64,000 bases of DNA from Bacteroidales bacterium (GTDB taxonomy: Bacteria > Bacteroidota > Bacteroidia > Bacteroidales > GCA-2711565), in assembly GCA_963675215.1 (NCBI GenBank), contig OY775914.1:1243779-1307778 (forward strand). Direction: 5' to 3'. The position numbers were made by a program, and so were the translations under genes. The notes under the pieces are model-generated. The model did no database searches, was not told the DNA's origin, and saw only the letters and a program-made list of their open reading frames with translations. Position 1 is the first letter of the stretch. Each line of letters opens with the position of its first letter. This document shows positions 48,948-55,780 of the stretch, piece by piece.

Positions 48948-49278
48948 AAGAATAGTTTTTCTTTAAGATGAAATTCATAGTGTAATGGTTGCTTTTAAAA
49001 TGACGCAAACTATTATATATACCTTTCTTGCACAATGACATCCAAATCCTCCAAAGGCGGACAAGTTGGCAGGGATGCTGCAGTTTTTCTTGTGTTTTAT
49101 ATTTCATCGATTTAAATAAATCGAGGCGTTTCTTGTTTTTGGGGAGTTGATGGTCTTAAATCATTGTTTTAAAATCAACCATAAATTTAATAATCAAATA
49201 TATGAAAAATGTAGATGTGTTGGAAGGCTTAGGAATTTCCCATATAAAATGTAGTATGTGAAATGTAAAAAGCAATAA

Positions 49279-49344
49279 ATTGCAACTGTATTACTATTTT
49301 ATTACTACTGAATTACTACTGTATTACCACTGAATAACCATGGT
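49279..49344. repeat. Six degenerate 11-bp tandem repeats
   Basis: ATTGCAACTGT ATTACTATTTT ATTACTACTGA ATTACTACTGT ATTACCACTGA ATAACCATGGT. Confidence 0.8.
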
Positions 49345-49409
49345 ACATGAGCATACCAATAAATATTTACAATCTTCGAATTAAAGAGCTTATGCTTTGA
49401 TTGTTAAAT

Positions 49410-50900
49410 TTAGTATTTCGCAGCTTTACCATCAGGTAAACTCTTTAAAATAAATTCCCTTAAATCGTCGTTGGCGGTTTTTAAATCTTCCTTTCGCAAA
49501 TACATCATATGACCGCTTCGGTAGCCTTTAAAATACATTCGGTCTTTTAGTTTTCCGCTGGGATCAATTTGCCACATCGTATATTTTGAGTTGAAATAGG
49601 TGCAAGCGCCGTCGTAATATCCGGTTTGGAACATGATGTTGAGGTAAGGGTTTTCGGCCATGGCCTGTCGTAAATTATCGCGGGTATTGTTATTGTCGTT
49701 GTTCCATGGGCGAACAGAACCAAACATATTGTATTTAATATCGGTTATAAAATTCAGGTGTTCGCGCATATAGAAATTAATGGCCGGAGTAAAGGTGTGT
49801 AACCACGATTTGATTTCTGCATTAAAATCGGGACTTATACCGGCATCGGTTTTATCCAATCCCAGATATCTGGAATCCAATCGACCGATGGTCTTTCCGG
49901 TTTCATCTCTCAATAATTCTTTCCAGAAAAAAGAAGTAGATATGTCCAAATTATGTTGAAGAATGGCCTTTTTAGAAAGCCCTGAATAATAAGCCATTTT
50001 TTCGGCTACTGCCTGTTTTTCTGCTTCATTAATAAATCCTCCCTTTGCAATGGCAGGCATTAATTTATTGATGGCAAAATCTTCAACCTCCGGTAAAACC
50101 TCGAGTAAATCTTTTTGTTGCAGTACTTCGGGAAGAACTTTATGATGCCAGGCTGTGGCTGCAAAGTAAGGCAAATTAATGGCAGAAGAGATGGCCGGAT
50201 CAGAATTGAAGGCTTTATAATCAGCAGGCGAAACCAGGATTACACCGTTTAAATACATCCATTGCTGATCTTGCAATTCGAGTGCTAAACCCGAAACACG
50301 CGTTCCACCATAACTTTCGCCAATGATAAATTTGGGCGAAAGCCAGCGATTGTGTCGGTTTACAAAAGTGTTGAGCCATTCGGCTAAATATTTGATGTCG
50401 GCATTAATTCCAAAAAACTTCGTGCGATCAAGTCCTTCTCCATTAGCGGGAATCATTCTTGAATAGCCCGTATTAACCGGGTTAACGTAAACAATGTCTG
50501 TCACATCAAAAACAGAAAATTCATTTTCATGCACGCCATAAGGCTGCAATGGATATCCTTCGGGGTCGATATTTAAGGCCATGGGGCTGGTATAGGCCAT
50601 GTGCATCCATGCTGAGGCCGAACCAGGACCGCCGTTATAGGAAACCAGTAGAGGTCGCCTAGCCATATCCGTATTTCCTGATTTTTTGTAATAAGTAAAT
50701 TGAAGGGTGGCAACAGCTTTGCCATTTTCATCCCAAACAGGTTGCATTCCTGCAGTGGCAGTGTAGGAAATTTTGTTTCCGTTAATGGTAGCAGTATGTG
50801 AAGTAACAACTGCAGTGTCGATAGGGATGCTTCGGTTCTGGGCACTTAGTAGATTAATGCTTAATAAAAAGGAAAGCAGGCAAAACGTTAAAGTTTTCAT
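49410..50900 (-). CDS. Serine carboxypeptidase, S10 family
   Basis: Signal peptide; YNGGPGSAS, PVNTGYS, GESYGGTR, GYYD and GHMMY. Confidence 0.92.
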   Translation of the reverse strand: MKTLTFCLLSFLLSINLLSAQNRSIPIDTAVVTSHTATINGNKISYTATAGMQPVWDENGKAVATLQFTYYKKSGNTDMARRPLLVSYNGGPGSASAWMHMAYTSPMALNIDPEGYPLQPYGVHENEFSVFDVTDIVYVNPVNTGYSRMIPANGEGLDRTKFFGINADIKYLAEWLNTFVNRHNRWLSPKFIIGESYGGTRVSGLALELQDQQWMYLNGVILVSPADYKAFNSDPAISSAINLPYFAATAWHHKVLPEVLQQKDLLEVLPEVEDFAINKLMPAIAKGGFINEAEKQAVAEKMAYYSGLSKKAILQHNLDISTSFFWKELLRDETGKTIGRLDSRYLGLDKTDAGISPDFNAEIKSWLHTFTPAINFYMREHLNFITDIKYNMFGSVRPWNNDNNNTRDNLRQAMAENPYLNIMFQTGYYDGACTYFNSKYTMWQIDPSGKLKDRMYFKGYRSGHMMYLRKEDLKTANDDLREFILKSLPDGKAAKY

Positions 50901-50938
50901 GAATTAAATTTTTAAGGCCAAGTTAAAAATTTAATTCA
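50900..50938. promoter_or_regulatory. Perfect 16-bp inverted repeat abutting the S10 peptidase start codon
   Basis: TGAATTAAATTTTTAA-GGCCAAG-TTAAAAATTTAATTCA. Confidence 0.55.
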
Positions 50939-51042
50939 AAAAGAATTTAATACAACTTGTGCTTAAACTTTTAGGCACTTAGTTGCTTTTCTGACCCGCT
51001 TTCTATTCCACTGTTTTTTTATTAACAGTAACATAAAAATCT

Positions 51043-51050
51043 TAGCTTTG
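51043..51050 (+). promoter_or_regulatory. Bacteroidota -7 promoter box (TAGCTTTG)
   Basis: TAnnTTTG match 25 bp before ATG 51076. Confidence 0.6.
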
Positions 51051-51075
51051 CAGGCTAATTCAAACGAGGTATCTT

Positions 51076-51642
51076 ATGAGCGAAATAAAAAATGGTAATC
51101 CTGCAGTTGTTGGTTTAGCCGGATTCGGATTAACGACACTTTTACTGCAATTTCATAATCTTGGTTTAATGGGTTTGGGTCCTGTGGTGGCCATGGCTTT
51201 TGTTTTTGGTGGCTTAGCTCAGTTTATTGCTGGTTTTGCTGAGCAAAAAATGGGCAATAATTTTGGATTCGCAGCCTTTACCGCTTACGGTTCATTTTGG
51301 ATTGGATTAGGTGTAATTTGGATGCTTAATTATTATGGAGTTTACAACTCATCAACTACAGATGTTGGTTACTATTTGGTAGCCTGGACCTTAATAACTG
51401 CAATTCTGACTTATGCTTCCTTTTACATACATTCGGCCATGGCATTTACATTTGTAACACTTTTGATAGGATTTGTTTTATTGGATTTAGGTCATTTTGG
51501 ATTTCCGGTATTTAATAAAATTGCGGGTTTCGAATTAATTGTTTGTGCATTTTCAGCATGGTATATGCTGGCCGGAATCATCATTAATGATGTTGCCGGT
51601 CGTGCTGTTTTAAGCATGGGAAAACCATGGATTAAAAAGTAG
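51076..51642 (+). CDS. satP: Acetate/succinate uptake transporter (GPR1/FUN34/YaaH family)
   Basis: NPAVVGLAGFGLTT, GGLAQFIAG and AFTAYGSFW. Confidence 0.88.
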   Translation: MSEIKNGNPAVVGLAGFGLTTLLLQFHNLGLMGLGPVVAMAFVFGGLAQFIAGFAEQKMGNNFGFAAFTAYGSFWIGLGVIWMLNYYGVYNSSTTDVGYYLVAWTLITAILTYASFYIHSAMAFTFVTLLIGFVLLDLGHFGFPVFNKIAGFELIVCAFSAWYMLAGIIINDVAGRAVLSMGKPWIKK

Positions 51643-51681
51643 GTAAAGCGTTAAATTTATATGAATACAGGTTTTGAATCA

Positions 51682-52542
51682 CTATTTTTTGTGATTTTCA
51701 AGAATACTTGAGCTAACCCAATAAATATCACTTTTCTCGTTTTTATCGTTATACCTGCTAAAGAAAATATATTTCTCATCAGGTGAGAGGCATGGACAAG
51801 ATTCTCCATATTCGCTGCTACTAATGGAAGCATCAAGTTTAATGGGTTCTCCCCATTTATTCTCTTCATTTCTAAATGCAACATAAATGTCACCGCGGTG
51901 ATTAAAGAGGATAAAACTTTCATCTTTTGAAACTGAGGCGTGCAAACCAAAAGGAAAGCCTGCAATTTCTGTTCTTGGATATTCGCCATTTACCATTTCA
52001 GAGCGGTAGGTCTTACGTTCATCAACATTGGAATAATACATGGTATGATTTTCTGTGAAGCTTGCCCAAAAAACCCTATGGGGTTTGTTAACAGGAGAAT
52101 CTAGCAATTCTGCAGATGACCAGCCATCTTCCTCTTTGAAGGATCTCCATAAATTAGTACCGCTATCATCACTGGCAGCAAAGTAAAGCATCTTCCCATC
52201 TGATGTATAAAAGGCTTCCTGCTCCCAGATGTTATTTTTACATAAATTGGCAACTCTGGGATTAGACCAAGTCCCATCATCAAGCTTGTTTGTTGCCATT
52301 AATCCCCCACCCGGATCTTCAGCAGTGAAAAATATTTCATCGTAATTTGGGGAAAATGATATTCCGTATTCGTATCTATCCGCTACAGAGATAAATCCTT
52401 TTGCAAAAATTTTAGGAATAGAATTTGGTGGGTTTTCGAATGGATTAATGCTTAAGCTGTTTGCATTGTTTTGAGCAATAATCGTTGCTGAAATAGCAAA
52501 GACTAAAAGAAATAGAATGCTAAAATGTTTAAGATTCGTCAT
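51682..52542 (-). CDS. Secreted PD40 (WD40-like/TolB-type) beta-propeller protein
   Basis: Signal peptide; SFSPNYDEIFF, CPCLSPDEKYIFFSR and DIYWVS. Confidence 0.82.
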   Translation of the reverse strand: MTNLKHFSILFLLVFAISATIIAQNNANSLSINPFENPPNSIPKIFAKGFISVADRYEYGISFSPNYDEIFFTAEDPGGGLMATNKLDDGTWSNPRVANLCKNNIWEQEAFYTSDGKMLYFAASDDSGTNLWRSFKEEDGWSSAELLDSPVNKPHRVFWASFTENHTMYYSNVDERKTYRSEMVNGEYPRTEIAGFPFGLHASVSKDESFILFNHRGDIYVAFRNEENKWGEPIKLDASISSSEYGESCPCLSPDEKYIFFSRYNDKNEKSDIYWVSSSILENHKK

Positions 52543-52547
52543 AATAG

Positions 52548-52988
52548 TTATATTTTATTCTTATAATCTGGATTACCAGTAAATAAATTATTTACTATTT
52601 TCCACTTATCATTAAGTTTTGCAATATGCAGATATTCGATACATTCATTAAAAATCACTTTTACACTGGCAATGGTAGGCAATGCATCTAAAATGAATAC
52701 CTCAGTATTTAATCGATATTCCCTGTCTGTGTGGTATAATGTAATATAATCCATCCGGGATTTGTTTATGGTTCCTAAAAAGTCAAGACCATCACGAGTT
52801 GAGATACTCCTTTTAATAAATTCAAAATGGACCGCTTTATCAACTCTAGAGGCATCTTTGTAATACCAACCCTCAATATAATCCAGGGCAGCTTGCTTTA
52901 TTTTTATGCTATCATTGGATGTTTGACTTTTTAAAGTGATTGAGATAAATACCAGGGTAATCACAATGATGATTTTTAATGATTTCAT
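52548..52988 (-). CDS. Secreted NTF2-like (putative lumazine-binding family) protein
   Basis: IKQAALDYIEGWY, IASVKV and EYLHIAKLNDKWKIVN. Confidence 0.78.
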   Translation of the reverse strand: MKSLKIIIVITLVFISITLKSQTSNDSIKIKQAALDYIEGWYYKDASRVDKAVHFEFIKRSISTRDGLDFLGTINKSRMDYITLYHTDREYRLNTEVFILDALPTIASVKVIFNECIEYLHIAKLNDKWKIVNNLFTGNPDYKNKI

Positions 52989-53029
52989 ATTTTTCGTTTG
53001 TATTCTATGACCAGATTCTTCGCTACGCT

Positions 53030-53995
53030 TTATGGTTTTAACGATTGCAATTTAAGATTTTCAATGATTTCTGTGGATACCCAAAAGAAATCTTGCCCAG
53101 GTGTGTGACGCATGAAAAACAAATATTTACCATCTGGAGAAACTACTGGAAATCGCTCCATTTTCTCTGTATTTATTTTACCTCCCATATTTATTGGCGT
53201 TCCCCAATTATTGTCATCAGTCTTAAAACAGATGTAAATATCAAGACTTCCATACCCAAGTTCTCTATTAACTCTATTAAAACCTGAAAAGATGAGATAA
53301 CTGTCGTCGGGTGAAACAAAAAATGCCCAAACCGGTCTGAAATCAGGATGAATGATGACGGTATCCGGTTTGGAAAACTTACCATCTGAATATCTAAACT
53401 TCAAAGGTTTTTCATTCCGATTGTAAGCGTAATTACCCATGTGATAAGCATAGCCATTTGGATTAAATGAAGGAGTCCAATCACCGTCTGGAGTATTTAA
53501 AGGTGCTCCAGCGTTAATTGGTTTACTCCAGCCAATTTCTGTCCTGTCAACATACCAAACATCCTTCTCTCCTAATCCACCTTCGATGCCTGTTGAGTAA
53601 AAATATAACCTGTTTCCAGTAGGGCTAAAGCTCGGGCCACCATTTAAGCATGTTAAATGATCTTTTATAAAATCTGCAATGGCAGGTTTCGACCATGCTC
53701 CATTTTTAAATTCTGAGAAATAAATTTGTTCAGAATTTTTCATTGAAGTGTCAGCAGGAGGATATTTTGATGACCAGGCCGACCAATAAATTTCATCTCC
53801 TTTAGGCGAAACTGCGACTTGGCAATGCTCGGCCCAGCTCGTATCAGAGACAATGCCAGGGGCAAAAACTTCAGGTGTTATGCCTGGAGGAGTAAGGCCA
53901 AAATAGGCATCTTCAGTTTCAAGAAAATTATTTTGTGATGAATTGCAACTCACAGCTACAATACCAATCAGTATAAAAAATAATATTTTTTTCAT
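53030..53995 (-). CDS. PD40 beta-propeller lipoprotein
   Basis: AVSC lipobox; YFGLTPPGITPEVFAPG, PSFSPTG, FPVVSPDGKYLFF and DFFWVS. Confidence 0.85.
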   Translation of the reverse strand: MKKILFFILIGIVAVSCNSSQNNFLETEDAYFGLTPPGITPEVFAPGIVSDTSWAEHCQVAVSPKGDEIYWSAWSSKYPPADTSMKNSEQIYFSEFKNGAWSKPAIADFIKDHLTCLNGGPSFSPTGNRLYFYSTGIEGGLGEKDVWYVDRTEIGWSKPINAGAPLNTPDGDWTPSFNPNGYAYHMGNYAYNRNEKPLKFRYSDGKFSKPDTVIIHPDFRPVWAFFVSPDDSYLIFSGFNRVNRELGYGSLDIYICFKTDDNNWGTPINMGGKINTEKMERFPVVSPDGKYLFFMRHTPGQDFFWVSTEIIENLKLQSLKP

Positions 53996-53996
53996 T

Positions 53997-54068
53997 TTAG
54001 TTTGGTTTTAGGTTTTTAATAATGTCTGTTGATACCCAAAAAATATCTTATCCTGGCGTATGATGCAT
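53997..54068 (-). pseudogene. 72-nt remnant of the 3' end of a PD40 paralogue
   Basis: Translates to MHHTPG*DIFWVSTDIIKNLKPN*, matching MRHTPGQDFFWVSTEIIENLK in the adjacent gene; internal TAA. Confidence 0.8.
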
Positions 54069-54124
54069 AGCTTGTGTTGTGCCTCAGGCAAGCTGTTCAT
54101 TATACCGAGTGTTAGTTGCTGTAT

Positions 54125-54895
54125 TTATTCTTCTGCATCATTGAAAAACAATTCAATTGCATGCATATAATTATTTAGAAGGTATATTATCTTATTTGGT
54201 TCATCCGAAATATTATAATGCCAATTCAAACCATCTGGAGCATTGAATTTTAAATTATTTAAGAAGGCTTCATTATAAATATCTTTTGACTTACTCCCGA
54301 AAAGATAGTATTTCACATTTTTATCTTTTAGTTTATCAAAAGCGTTTTTTGAATTGGTTTTATTGGTAATTAATCTAAAATCAGGAATATCTGAAATATA
54401 ACCATCGAATAAATCCGGATATTCAAGCATAAAATAGCTACTTATCAAACCGGTTGTACTACCTGGTCCCCATATTATTTTTTCAGTAACATTGTATTTA
54501 GAATCAAGATATGGTAATAATTCTTCGTGTATGAATTTTGCAAGCAAATTCAAATCAGCTTCTATATTTAACGAATCATATTTAACGTATTTGTATTGTG
54601 GAAATCCTACAACAATACAAGTTGGTATACTTCTATCATATGCCATTAATTCGGTGCATGAAGAGAAGGCTTTAAATGCGGCATGCGGATCCAGTAATAA
54701 AATCAATGGAAATTCTTTGTCCTTCTTATAATTGAAGGGAAGATGAGTAAATATATTTAGACTATCTGCAAGAAGCTCAGACTTTATTTTTGTTGTGAAT
54801 CCTAATTTTGTTAGGGGAGAATCTCCTACATTTTGTCCAATTGAACTAAGTGTTAATAATACTGAGAATATTAAAATAAAGATGTTTTTTTTCAT
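54125..54895 (-). CDS. Secreted alpha/beta-hydrolase-fold (putative esterase family) protein with a degenerate active site
   Basis: LPFNY.KDKEFPLILLLD, IVVG and PDLFDGYI; nucleophile elbow reads GPGSTTG. Confidence 0.65.
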   Translation of the reverse strand: MKKNIFILIFSVLLTLSSIGQNVGDSPLTKLGFTTKIKSELLADSLNIFTHLPFNYKKDKEFPLILLLDPHAAFKAFSSCTELMAYDRSIPTCIVVGFPQYKYVKYDSLNIEADLNLLAKFIHEELLPYLDSKYNVTEKIIWGPGSTTGLISSYFMLEYPDLFDGYISDIPDFRLITNKTNSKNAFDKLKDKNVKYYLFGSKSKDIYNEAFLNNLKFNAPDGLNWHYNISDEPNKIIYLLNNYMHAIELFFNDAEE

Positions 54896-55067
54896 GTTTC
54901 TATTTATTGAGTTTGTATAGAATGTTGTTCTTTATTATTGCATATACATTTTTGTATGCTTGGTTTTGTTCATTATCAATTAGTGATCAATATTTTAAAA
55001 TATCCATTCGTTCAATTGAAGTACCGCAGTATTTCAAAAATTATAATTTTCTCTTTCGTCAATATTC

Positions 55068-55745
55068 TTATTTATTCTTTTGAAATATAATAATGAGCTT
55101 TGGACGGGCATCTTCTTGGGGAAATATAGAAGAGCAAAATAATGCAGAATTAGTTGTTTCTGTATCAATACTAAATCCCATTAAACCATAATTAGGAAGA
55201 CTACCATTATACCATGACTTAACAAAATCGCTAATGTCAACAATATGGTATGTACTCTTTGTTGGCCAATTAGCTAATACTCTGGTTTCGGATAATGTGT
55301 TTGGTTTTTGTCTATAACCAATATCTGCATTCCAAGGTTCGCTTATGCACTCATATACTAATTGTCCTTGTTTATCACCATTATATCCATAACAAACCAA
55401 TTGCATTTTAGCTTCAATTATCTTAATCCCTTTGGGTAGTTCCTTTAAATCCCATTGCATTAAAAACCTTTCATCACAGTCATGATAATCAGCATCCTCT
55501 GTTACTTCATCGTTTTTAAATCTTCCTTGATAATATATTTTCCCTTCTCCATTCGGATTTGCTGTATTTGGTTTGCAGGTGCATATATATAAGTCCTTAC
55601 TTATAGTTGTTAGGACTAATGTGTCATTCAGACTTTTGTCTATAGGCCCTTCATCCGCCTGTGATTTTACATTAAATGCTGATAGGTTCAGCACACATAC
55701 CATTGTAAATAAGAGTAAATTAATTTTAATTTTTTTAAATTTCAT
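55068..55745 (-). CDS. Secreted DNRLRE-domain (CBM96-like) protein
   Basis: RFLMQWDL..LP, IIEAKMQL, DISDFVKSW..G..PNYG and RPKLII. Confidence 0.72.
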   Translation of the reverse strand: MKFKKIKINLLLFTMVCVLNLSAFNVKSQADEGPIDKSLNDTLVLTTISKDLYICTCKPNTANPNGEGKIYYQGRFKNDEVTEDADYHDCDERFLMQWDLKELPKGIKIIEAKMQLVCYGYNGDKQGQLVYECISEPWNADIGYRQKPNTLSETRVLANWPTKSTYHIVDISDFVKSWYNGSLPNYGLMGFSIDTETTNSALFCSSIFPQEDARPKLIIIFQKNK

Positions 55746-55780
55746 ATCAGCTCAATTTTATCCTTTTTTAGTACCAGTTC

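Noticed and set aside
48886-49107. 73-aa minus-strand ORF
   Set aside because: It overlaps gene A out of frame and runs through the repeat remnants; no protein features.
49279-49344. Possible CRISPR array
   Set aside because: The units are 11 bp with no spacers and no cas genes; I saw no CRISPR repeat-spacer pattern anywhere in the window.
54896-55067. Possible degraded gene in the 172-bp gap
   Set aside because: Only short stop-interrupted frames with no similarity to neighbouring proteins that I could see.
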